Positions 48,163 to 56,037 are shown, counted from the first letter of the stretch. The stretch is 64,000 nt of DNA from an uncultured Bdellovibrionales bacterium (GCA_903833275.1 CAILEP010000013.1:31639-95638); one strand, 5' to 3'. Notes: generated from the sequence alone by a model not told the origin. Translations and numbers: made by a program.

Positions 48163-48936
48163 TTATTTAGCGTCAGAATTGAAGTTTTGCTGAGAAATAA
48201 TGTGCCAGAGGGTCTCATTAAAAGTGTCGGCGGCAATTATCAGCACAGGCAAAGTGTCGCGGCCTTTGTTTTTATGCAGGGCAGAGGGCATTTGGCCGAC
48301 CCCGCCGAATTGGCTGAACCAACTTTTTCGCAGAGCGAGCGAATTGCTGATAAAAGTCTTATTTTCAGGTTTCTTTTTCAGGCGACCGTACTCAAATGAG
48401 CTTAAAACCGAAAAGTCATTATTCGTGCTGATCGATTCGAGGGTTTGTTGGCCGACTTCGAGTTGGTGTTTAAATTTTTTTTTGCCCGGAGTGCGAATGG
48501 TGAAAATCACGTCAAAATCGCCATTGAAAAAACGCTCTTCAAGTTCGTTTTGATCAAAAACATCGAGCTCAACGATTTGTAGTTTCGTGTGTTGGTAAAG
48601 GCGATGGATGACGGTCAGGGCAAGAGAGCTTAAGCCTTCAAGCGTACCGACATGAATATGGGTTGGCACCTGCAGCTCGAGCACCTCGCGAATTGAACTT
48701 TGTAATTTTCGCGAGTTCTGTGAGTAGACCTCGGCAAGGCGAAACGCAGCTGGCGTCCACGCCGATTTTCGTTTGGCCGTACGATCAAGCAAAGTGACAT
48801 CGAATTCTTTCTCGAGTTGGGCCACGAGGCGTGAGAGCTGTGGCTGACTTAGGCCCACATGCGCGCTAGCGCCGGTCAGGTTTTTAAAATGAACGGCGCG
48901 GCTGAGAACTGACAGCGGCCAATGAAGTGTATCCAT
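48163..48936 (-). CDS. LysR-family transcriptional regulator (short)
   Basis: N-terminal wHTH: FKNLTGASAHVGLSQPQLSRLVAQLEKEFDVTLLDRT. Confidence 0.8.
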   Translation of the reverse strand: MDTLHWPLSVLSRAVHFKNLTGASAHVGLSQPQLSRLVAQLEKEFDVTLLDRTAKRKSAWTPAAFRLAEVYSQNSRKLQSSIREVLELQVPTHIHVGTLEGLSSLALTVIHRLYQHTKLQIVELDVFDQNELEERFFNGDFDVIFTIRTPGKKKFKHQLEVGQQTLESISTNNDFSVLSSFEYGRLKKKPENKTFISNSLALRKSWFSQFGGVGQMPSALHKNKGRDTLPVLIIAADTFNETLWHIISQQNFNSDAK

Positions 48937-48953
48937 GCCGCGTTGTCATACCT

Positions 48954-49613
48954 TTAATGCATGAAGCTTTTCAAGATATTTTCAGCCATGGCATCAGCCA
49001 AATCGAAAAGATCTTCTTCTGACTTAATTTGCGCGCCGTGAAGCCCAGAACTGTGCATCAAGGCCAGGCCCCGCCACCCGGCAAGTAGCTGCAAGGCCAG
49101 GCTATCGAGCGGCGAATCGGCTCGCAAATCATGGCTTTCACCCAACACGATAACCAAGTTTTGTTGGGCAAGCTCAAAGGCCGCCGCCAGCGGGGGAGTG
49201 GTTTCGTCGTTATTTTGATATGAAAAAAGAAGGTGCGCTCTTTTGGGTGAGCGCCACGCTAGCTGCATAATGTTTCGCCCGACGTGTTGAATTTGAAGCT
49301 GCAACGAAACTGGGTAAAAAAGTGGCGCAGCTAATATTTTTTCGCCAATGTCGACGAGTGTCTTTTGCAGAACTTCTTCAATAAGCGCCGTTTTACTTTT
49401 GAAGTGGCGGTAGGGGGCATTGTGGCTGACGCCCGCGAGTTGCGCGGTCTCGCGTAAACTGAATTCGCCTCGGCGTGATTGTTGGCCTGGGCCCGCCTGT
49501 TGGCCTCGGCCTGGGCGGCCACCAGTTTCATGTTCAAGCAAATTTTCGGCGGCCATGATCAGTGCGTCTCTTAAATTACCGTGATGATATGTCATATGCC
49601 TTTGATAATGCAC
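48954..49613 (-). CDS. TetR-family transcriptional regulator
   Basis: HTH region FSLRETAQLAGVSHNAPYRHFKSKTALIEE. A Gly/Gln/Arg-rich insertion precedes it. The start is ambiguous (49613 or 49595). Confidence 0.8.
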   Translation of the reverse strand: MHYQRHMTYHHGNLRDALIMAAENLLEHETGGRPGRGQQAGPGQQSRRGEFSLRETAQLAGVSHNAPYRHFKSKTALIEEVLQKTLVDIGEKILAAPLFYPVSLQLQIQHVGRNIMQLAWRSPKRAHLLFSYQNNDETTPPLAAAFELAQQNLVIVLGESHDLRADSPLDSLALQLLAGWRGLALMHSSGLHGAQIKSEEDLFDLADAMAENILKSFMH

Positions 49614-49659
49614 ATTCTACGGTTATGTGGGCAGTGGCAACATAGCCACAGCGGTGATT

Positions 49660-50928
49660 CTAGCTATTGGTCGGGGCATTAGTTGAGACGCCATGCACTT
49701 GCGCCGGTGGGCTCAGGTAACTAAAAAAATCGGGCGACAGAATCATGGGTATTTCGAGTTTGAATCGGGCGTTTACGAAACTTAAAAATGTCCCACTGAA
49801 GCCTACCCATAGATCAGGAGTTGCCCAAAAAACGTCGTCGCTACTCCAAAACAGTGTGCCTTCTTTTTTTTGGGACAGAATATCCAGCGACGCCAGATCG
49901 TGGTCGAGTTCGATGTCGATTGAATGCAACGAATCTTTTTTGCAATCAATGCCTTTGCGCTTGAGCTCGCTGAGGAGGTTGAGTCGACCGGCGACCCCGT
50001 GGCAGAGAGTGGTGTTGTCATATCGGCGATTCGAAACAACTCGTTCAATCGCCCAATCCGAGACGCAATCAGTGGCTGTCGTTTTTGAAACCAAATCTGC
50101 CCAAAGCAGGCCGGCGGCACCGTGACACCAATTTAAGTTATTGGCCAACACGGGTGAGCCAGCGCGATACCTTAGCGATGTCTTCTGCGAATTCTGCGCG
50201 TATTTCAAGATTGATAGTCGAATTATTTCAGAAAGTTCGGTGATCGAGGGGTCTTCAATCAAATGGCTCAGTCGCTTAAGCACCATATAAAGGCCGATGC
50301 TTCCGTGGGCGACCCCAGAATAAATATCCTCGATGCCTTCATCGACGTTGGCGTCACGAATGCCTAAGACATTCTCTGAATTTTCAATTTTCTTAATCAA
50401 GGTCTTTGCCTTTTCCAAAACCAAATTGTGGATCCTGTTTGCCTGTGGGCTTAGGCTCGACTTTTCAAAGCTTTCAAGCCAAATGCAAGCCGCGTAAAGA
50501 ACACCTTGGCTGCCAGAGAAGAAATCAGAAAGCTCGACGTTTTCGAGCGAATAGATCAGCATTTCTTCTGCTGATTGGGTCATTGCTGTACTTCCAATAA
50601 AATTACCGGCTGCGGCTATACTCAGGGCCACCCCGGCATTACCAGTGAAAAAGCCATGGGATTTTTGGTCTATGCCGTTTTCGATTAGCCAGGTGGCGGC
50701 GAGGCGCACACGCTTTTCAATTAATTTTTTGAGCGGCTCACTTTTGAGATGGGGGCGAAGAGCAAGGAGAGCAAGTATAATCCCGCCGCTACCGAGATTA
50801 AGACCGCGCATCTGAGCATCTGGGTATAGATGTTCATTTCGCCAATAACCCCGACTTTCGGTTTCGTTGCAGACCCAATAACTCTCGAGTTTATTTAGGT
50901 ATTCGGCGGCCATTTTATCAAGAGACAT
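49660..50928 (-). CDS. Stand-alone LanC-like lanthionine cyclase
   Basis: LanC signature motifs SGVAHGSIG, NWCHGAAGLLWA and TLCHGVAGRL, giving the Cys/Cys-His zinc-ligand set. Repeated GxxG-containing helices fit an alpha-toroid. The start overlaps the kinase ORF's end by 11 nt. Confidence 0.8.
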   Translation of the reverse strand: MSLDKMAAEYLNKLESYWVCNETESRGYWRNEHLYPDAQMRGLNLGSGGIILALLALRPHLKSEPLKKLIEKRVRLAATWLIENGIDQKSHGFFTGNAGVALSIAAAGNFIGSTAMTQSAEEMLIYSLENVELSDFFSGSQGVLYAACIWLESFEKSSLSPQANRIHNLVLEKAKTLIKKIENSENVLGIRDANVDEGIEDIYSGVAHGSIGLYMVLKRLSHLIEDPSITELSEIIRLSILKYAQNSQKTSLRYRAGSPVLANNLNWCHGAAGLLWADLVSKTTATDCVSDWAIERVVSNRRYDNTTLCHGVAGRLNLLSELKRKGIDCKKDSLHSIDIELDHDLASLDILSQKKEGTLFWSSDDVFWATPDLWVGFSGTFLSFVNARFKLEIPMILSPDFFSYLSPPAQVHGVSTNAPTNS

Positions 50929-52321
50929 TATCTAATCCCCCAGCTAGAAGGTTTTGAATATCAGAAATTTTAGGGCGATCAATTGGGTTCGGGCTTAAGC
51001 AGGCAAGAATTATATTTTTCAAAGGTCTGTTGATTTTGGATATTTCGACCAAGCGACGCAATCGATCGTCACCGCTTGCAATAAATGAGGGATTGGTGCC
51101 GGTGCGTAGATGAAATAGGCAGCAGCCGAGGCTGTAAATATCCTGTTCGAATGAAGCCTCGATAAAGCGAGAGGGCTGGCTGGCCGCAGCGGCAATTAAT
51201 TCTGGCGAGTCATGGCCAGGGGTGCGAAAGCCATCCTGAACTTCACCCACGCGTTTGGCGTTGTCGAAGTCGAGAATGGCGAGTTGTCCAGCTTCAGTGC
51301 CGGCCCCGCGGTCATGAATAGTTGCAGAAGCCCCAAGAGCTAGAAAGTTTGCAAGTTTCAAATCACCGTGCACGATGCCGAGTGCGTGAATCTCTGCGAC
51401 CTGATCGGCGAGGAGTGCGTCTATTGAGGTCGAATGAAGGGCCAGTTTGTCGAGTCGAATGCCGGCAATATTTTTTACCGCAAGGGTCGTCCATTTTTCA
51501 TTTTGCCAAAACTCTAAAGGAGTCGGGACAAAACTGAGTTGTCTTAAGGCTTCAAGGCTTCGAGCTTCATTTGCAATTCTTGCTGCCGCAGCGTGGTCTT
51601 TTGTCGGTACTCGTTTAACAAAGACTTTTTCTATATTTCGAAGGTCAATGGCCTCGGCGACTTGAGACGGAAATGTTTTTATGACCTTGGTGACCCTAAA
51701 TGAAAAGCCGTTGGGTGATTCGATTAATTCACGACTCTCACTCCGCTCGCTATTGTCGCTTTCATACTTGTCTATTACGATTTCGGCATTGGCTAAGCTG
51801 CGGTAATAACGAACAGGTTGCCCTCGGCTGTTCTCAAAGAAAAGAGAGCGATAGGGCCCTCGGCGAAAAAAAAGTGTCGTGCTGTTTTGGGCTAAACTTT
51901 CGTTTGGAACATCGGGGCCGTCGAAGTCTTTAATATGGGCCACAAACCAGTCGACGACCTGTTGAAACTCTCCGTCGTTGTTCGGATAAAAGGTCATTAC
52001 TTTACCAATTTGGCTTGAGCCGGCCGCCCCGCTATTGATGGTCTCAACACCATTCAATGTCGACGGAAGCTTAAAGGCCACACTTGGAAACGAATGCCAG
52101 TTTGCAATCATTGCCGTTATCACACTAGAAAGGCCATTTTTGCTAAACGAGGCGTGGATCTTTCGCCCGCTGTCTCCTGGCGGATTATCAAGTGGTATAA
52201 ATAATCGCCAGGCAAACCCGCGAGTTTTAATTGAAGAGGTATTCCATTTCTCGAGTTCAGAGGCTGAACTTTCAAGGTCTTGCAATTTTTCGCCAAATTG
52301 TGATTGCATGAAATACCTCAC
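50918..52321 (-). CDS. Lanthipeptide-synthetase-like lyase + Ser/Thr kinase didomain protein (no cyclase domain)
   Basis: The C-terminal half has kinase motifs VFVKRV (Lys), HGDLKLANF (catalytic loop) and ILDFDNA (DFG-like). The N-terminal half has RKIHASF, AFKLPS and GKVMTFYPN. These resemble the WK(L/I)H(V/I)S and GKF(I/V)T(I/V)YP motifs I recall from LanL/LanKC phospho-Ser/Thr lyase domains. Confidence 0.65.
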   Translation of the reverse strand: MRYFMQSQFGEKLQDLESSASELEKWNTSSIKTRGFAWRLFIPLDNPPGDSGRKIHASFSKNGLSSVITAMIANWHSFPSVAFKLPSTLNGVETINSGAAGSSQIGKVMTFYPNNDGEFQQVVDWFVAHIKDFDGPDVPNESLAQNSTTLFFRRGPYRSLFFENSRGQPVRYYRSLANAEIVIDKYESDNSERSESRELIESPNGFSFRVTKVIKTFPSQVAEAIDLRNIEKVFVKRVPTKDHAAAARIANEARSLEALRQLSFVPTPLEFWQNEKWTTLAVKNIAGIRLDKLALHSTSIDALLADQVAEIHALGIVHGDLKLANFLALGASATIHDRGAGTEAGQLAILDFDNAKRVGEVQDGFRTPGHDSPELIAAAASQPSRFIEASFEQDIYSLGCCLFHLRTGTNPSFIASGDDRLRRLVEISKINRPLKNIILACLSPNPIDRPKISDIQNLLAGGLDNVS

Positions 52322-52333
52322 TCAAATTCGAGT

Positions 52334-53014
52334 TTAGTGCTTTGAAATGCTATTCGCGCCCGAAGTTTCTTTCTTAACACTGGCAAAATTGCCATATTCG
52401 ACAGTGTTTGAACCGCTGAGCTCCATTTGTAGAGAATGGCCCTCAAGATTCAAAAGGTTCGCTGAGTTCGCGCCGCTTGCAACGAGAATAAGATCTTTTA
52501 CATTGCCACCAATCTTAATTGTGCTGCTGCCAGAAAGATTGACGTGAAAATCCGTGGTTTGAGAAAGATCGAGTTCAAGTTGCGAGCGGCCAGACAGTTC
52601 AACGCTAGAGAGCGAAAGTTTTTGAATCTTGCCCATAGGCAAATTGACAGCGCCGCTTAATTCAATTTTCGCTAGCGATGACAAGTTTTTAACCTTCAAC
52701 CGTAGAGTGGGTCGCTTTGATGGGCTAATCCAGTGGCCCATCGAGATCTTGAGTTCGCCAAGATCGGACTTTATTGAAACTTGATCAATGAGGTTCTCAT
52801 CTATTGTAAACGAGACCGTATTATCTAATCCTGATTCGACATTAACTTCGAAGTTGCCACTGATATCAATTGAGTTAATTGAGTTTTCGAGCGAAACGGT
52901 TCGAGTCGACTGCAAGCCGTTGCCATTTGTCAATGGCCAGGCGTGCACGAGTGATGAAGTCAGAATTGATGCTGCCAACATGAGGGCCTGTTTAAATCGC
53001 GTTTGAGTGTACAT
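52334..53014 (-). CDS. DUF2807-like (GIN-domain beta-helix) secreted protein
   Basis: Signal peptide ...LTSSLVHA. Repeated S-G-x-x-x-(I/V) rungs (LSGSSTIKI, VASGANSANL, LSGSNTVEY, TSGANSISK) are typical of DUF2807. Confidence 0.55.
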   Translation of the reverse strand: MYTQTRFKQALMLAASILTSSLVHAWPLTNGNGLQSTRTVSLENSINSIDISGNFEVNVESGLDNTVSFTIDENLIDQVSIKSDLGELKISMGHWISPSKRPTLRLKVKNLSSLAKIELSGAVNLPMGKIQKLSLSSVELSGRSQLELDLSQTTDFHVNLSGSSTIKIGGNVKDLILVASGANSANLLNLEGHSLQMELSGSNTVEYGNFASVKKETSGANSISKH

Positions 53015-53507
53015 AATTTGGGTTCTCCATTTCTTTGTTTAATTCGGTTTTTATGAAAAATAGGCCAAGCCCTGATTTGCGGCAATAGTCGCGCAGGGAT
53101 TCAGACCCGCCAAGGGGGCCGGTGCCGAGTGACTGTCGTCCCCCCATAAAAAGAGAATGAATGCGAACAAGTTTTCGAGCTTCATTTAAAAACTCATAAG
53201 CATTCATGTTGAGGTCGATGTCGTCAAACTCACAGACCACAACACGATCCGCCCCGGCGGCGATCAATTCAGCTACTTTTTCGTCAACGGGGGGATACTT
53301 CGCTCTTTGCTCGGTATTGTTGGGCAAAAAGACAGCTGGGTGTGGATGAAGCAGAATAACAGCAATGCCAACTTGATTGGCTCGCGCAACTGTCTGCAAT
53401 TGCGCGATCAATTCACTGTGTTTAAGTTGCCAGGGCTGATATGCCCCCACGCACGAAATGTAACTTTCGTGCGTTGTTTCGTTTGATTTCACCAACCTCG
53501 TTCTCAT
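52992..53507 (-). CDS. FMN adenylyltransferase (RibF N-terminal, FAD_syn)-like protein with degenerate HxGH motif
   Basis: It aligns by eye along its length with the E. coli RibF N-domain. LLHPHPAVF matches LFEPQPLELF, AAGADRVVVCEFD matches ECGVDYVLCVRFD, and FMGGRQSLGTG matches VGDDFRFGAG. GNFDGVHRGH is replaced by GAYQPWQLKH. There is no riboflavin kinase domain. Confidence 0.6.
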   Translation of the reverse strand: MRTRLVKSNETTHESYISCVGAYQPWQLKHSELIAQLQTVARANQVGIAVILLHPHPAVFLPNNTEQRAKYPPVDEKVAELIAAGADRVVVCEFDDIDLNMNAYEFLNEARKLVRIHSLFMGGRQSLGTGPLGGSESLRDYCRKSGLGLFFIKTELNKEMENPNYVHSNAI

Positions 53508-53513
53508 TTGAGC

Positions 53514-53912
53514 CTACACAATGCTTGACGGGGTTTCGATCATGCGAGCGCTCGTTGCGCAGCAACCAGAGCAGGCGCACGTGCCATTGCAGGCGAACTC
53601 AATCCCTTCAACGTATTTTTCTTCGCCAAGAATCTCCATTTGTGCGTCAAGGCTGATATTACGCGCAGACATAACTTTAATTGGATTTTGAGTGAACTCG
53701 ATTGCAAGCGTCGGGTCGGCTTTCAAATCTAGTTTGAGCTGATTCACTTTGGCTTGAATTTCAGCAAAGATTTGTACGCGATTGCCTAACTCTTGCGCTC
53801 TTGGCGTTGGGACTTCTGCTTTTTCGTTTGCTGCATTTGCGTTTACTGCGGCGACCATGGCTGACGCCAATGCTCCTAGTTCTAACGTGGTTTGCATTAC
53901 TGTCTTACTCAT
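53514..53912 (-). CDS. Candidate lanthipeptide-type precursor (132 aa; long leader plus Cys/Ser/Thr-rich C-terminal core)
   Basis: The ATG at 53912 is preceded by AAGGGGA 6-7 nt upstream. The C-terminal 29 aa, IEFACNGTCACSGCCATSARMIETPSSIV, hold 5 Cys and 7 Ser/Thr. It is the first gene of the operon carrying the lyase-kinase and LanC. The track's 206-aa version (to 54134) overlaps the upstream gene and lacks an RBS. Confidence 0.55.
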   Translation of the reverse strand: MSKTVMQTTLELGALASAMVAAVNANAANEKAEVPTPRAQELGNRVQIFAEIQAKVNQLKLDLKADPTLAIEFTQNPIKVMSARNISLDAQMEILGEEKYVEGIEFACNGTCACSGCCATSARMIETPSSIV

Positions 53913-53966
53913 TTGGTTTCCCCTTTGTGAGGTTAATGACCGATTATTCGGTCTGCAGGGGATAAG

Positions 53967-53982
53967 AGCAAACAGCATGCCG
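53967..53982 (-). promoter_or_regulatory. Sigma-54-type (-24/-12) promoter candidate for the precursor/lanthipeptide-like operon
   Basis: The minus strand reads CGGCATGCTGTTTGCT, that is GGCA-N7-TTGC with canonical GG-N10-GC spacing. It ends about 55 nt upstream of ATG 53912. It shares the GGCAT...TTGCTCTT context with the 41665-41680 element. Confidence 0.55.
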
Positions 53983-54036
53983 GTATTGCCGGACGCCAAT
54001 CTATGCTGGTTTGCTTTGTGGATTGAATTCTTAATT

Positions 54037-54069
54037 CTGTCCAAGAATTTGGACCAATAACTTGGACAG
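54037..54069. promoter_or_regulatory. 9-bp inverted repeat CTGTCCAAG-N15-CTTGGACAG upstream of the sigma-54-like element
   Basis: Perfect arms read directly. It lies 55-90 bp upstream of the -24 element and just after the hydrolase stop at 54085. It could be an enhancer-binding-protein site or a terminator hairpin. Confidence 0.4.
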
Positions 54070-54084
54070 TTCTTTAAATGCAGC

Positions 54085-54882
54085 CTACGGCTTTGGCTCG
54101 ATTGTGGTGGATTCAAATTCTTTGAGACGCTCAATTAACCATTCGGGGTCATCAAGTGGCAGGTCGTGACCGGCGGTGGGGTGAAACTTGAGTGTGATTG
54201 GTGCTTGAGGCAAAGCATTTGTAGAAAGCTTTTCGGCGATCATTTTCGAGCATCGCGAATCGACCATGCGATCTTTGAGCGACGATACGATCAGCGTCGG
54301 GATGGCGATTTGAGACGGGCAGCTGAACAAGGCAGCAGCGGTTGTCTGCCGCCAAACCTTATCGCGCAACATCGGGTGCTTTTTGGCGATGTCGACCATG
54401 GCGTTGATGATGACCGGGTCTTTGTCTTTCAAATTTGAAATTAACTTGAGCGACTGAACTTCTCTTTTTTCAGGTTCTTTCGCCGCGGCCATACGGCCGG
54501 CCGAATACAAAGCAAAAGGTGAGAGGCGTTGAAAAAGCGAAGAGACGTCGCGGGCGCTTGAATTGATGACGACGAGTTTTTTGAAGTCATCTGGGTAGCG
54601 CGCCACCCAGTCGAGCGCAATCATGCCGCCGAGAGAGACGCCAAGTAGCCCGAAATTATTTTGCGGGCCGCTTGAGAAAAACCGCTCGCGCAAATAATCG
54701 GTGTGGGCGGCGATTGAGAGCGGCACTTTGGCGTTACTTTCGGTGCCAAAGCCAGGCAAATCAAGGCATAGCACTTGGCTCGACGAATCAGCGTTCCTGC
54801 GCAAGGCCATTTGTAAAGCCTCTGGTAGATCGAGCCAGTGTTCTTTAACTCGGCCCAGCCCACGTAAAAGTAACCAGTTCAT
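54085..54882 (-). CDS. Alpha/beta-fold hydrolase
   Basis: Nucleophile elbow GVSLGGMIA (GxSxG) and a C-terminal HPTAGHDLP (catalytic His region). 265 aa. The start overlaps the M14-like gene's stop by 4 nt. Confidence 0.8.
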   Translation of the reverse strand: MNWLLLRGLGRVKEHWLDLPEALQMALRRNADSSSQVLCLDLPGFGTESNAKVPLSIAAHTDYLRERFFSSGPQNNFGLLGVSLGGMIALDWVARYPDDFKKLVVINSSARDVSSLFQRLSPFALYSAGRMAAAKEPEKREVQSLKLISNLKDKDPVIINAMVDIAKKHPMLRDKVWRQTTAAALFSCPSQIAIPTLIVSSLKDRMVDSRCSKMIAEKLSTNALPQAPITLKFHPTAGHDLPLDDPEWLIERLKEFESTTIEPKP

Positions 54883-55988
54883 GAATTGCCTCGATCGCGC
54901 CAGACGCTGTGGTTTAAAGTGGCTTGTTTAAAAAAATCTAAAAGAGGTCGATGGCGGCGCATGATGCGCCGATAGCGATGGGGCAAAATGGGGTTAAAGA
55001 TGCCGTGGCGGGTGAAGAGTTGCATTGGGTTTTTCTTTAGCCAGCTCCAGGAACCCATTTCAAGACACCAGGGGATAAAAATACGACCGTCGCTCGCGAA
55101 ATTTTTTTGATGCTCGTCAAAAATAAAATCCCACGGGTCGCCGTGTAGTAAATAACTTTGATGCTGGGGTTCGACAATATAAACGTGATGAGGGTAGGCC
55201 CCCGCGAGCAATTCAGAAACGCGATTGACTTGCGCTCGATACGGAAAGTTTTCACGACTTCGTGAGTACGGAAACCAAAGTCGGTCGCGCATGCCAAAAC
55301 CCGAATGGACATCGAGCGCCATTGAAAAACGGCTGGGCAGCATTTCGCGTTTTAAAAAATCGATGAGCGTGCGCGTTTCGACCTCCATCTCGGCCCCGGC
55401 TTTGCCGCGATACCAAGGCAGGCGGGGGCTAATGCGGTGGCCCGAAACGAGGGGTTTCAAATCACCATGGGCTTCGACCGGGGCGTTTCTCATAATGTCA
55501 ACCCCGCGCGGGTTCGAGCGCGAGTTCAGATACATGCCACCGGGGTTTACAATCGGTATTGCAACGAGCCGCATATGTCGAAAAGTTTCTTGTAAGGTTT
55601 CATCCCATGCGAGTTGTGAAAGCAGAGGTGTAAGAAAATTGATGGCCACATGAGAGCCGACGCGTTCGAGGCCGTGGACCCCGGCAAAGATACCAAAGGT
55701 CGGTAGCGAGCGATCATCAGGCCCGAGTGTAAGGCCGTAGATCGGTAAAGTGCGATCATCGGCTTGCACTTCGCTCAGTTTTTCAACACGACCGAATTTT
55801 TGCCACTGCTCAATCAGGGCGTTTTGATTTTCAATTTCAACAAGGTTGGGGTTGAGCATTTGTTTAAGATACCTTCTTGCATCGAATAATTGTATCGAAG
55901 TTGTGTCGAATTTTTTCGCGGCTAATGACATCTTGCGTGACATTAAGATCGACAGTATTTTTGAAATCGTGTTCGAAGAGTGATGCAA
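54879..55988 (-). CDS. M14-family zinc carboxypeptidase-like protein (DUF2817-like)
   Basis: FAGVHGLERVG contains the HxxE zinc motif. A later ALDVHSGFG supplies a second zinc His context. Confidence 0.6.
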   Translation of the reverse strand: MHHSSNTISKILSILMSRKMSLAAKKFDTTSIQLFDARRYLKQMLNPNLVEIENQNALIEQWQKFGRVEKLSEVQADDRTLPIYGLTLGPDDRSLPTFGIFAGVHGLERVGSHVAINFLTPLLSQLAWDETLQETFRHMRLVAIPIVNPGGMYLNSRSNPRGVDIMRNAPVEAHGDLKPLVSGHRISPRLPWYRGKAGAEMEVETRTLIDFLKREMLPSRFSMALDVHSGFGMRDRLWFPYSRSRENFPYRAQVNRVSELLAGAYPHHVYIVEPQHQSYLLHGDPWDFIFDEHQKNFASDGRIFIPWCLEMGSWSWLKKNPMQLFTRHGIFNPILPHRYRRIMRRHRPLLDFFKQATLNHSVWRDRGNS

Positions 55989-56037
55989 GCCTTGCGGACT
56001 TTGGTCTTGATCAAAATGAGCATATCGATCAGCTTTG

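Noticed and set aside
53913-54134. N-terminal 74-aa extension of the precursor ORF as given in the track (206 aa)
   Set aside because: The extension overlaps the 3' end of the hydrolase gene. It contains the sigma-54-like promoter and the inverted repeat, and it lacks an RBS. The internal ATG at 53912 has a good one.
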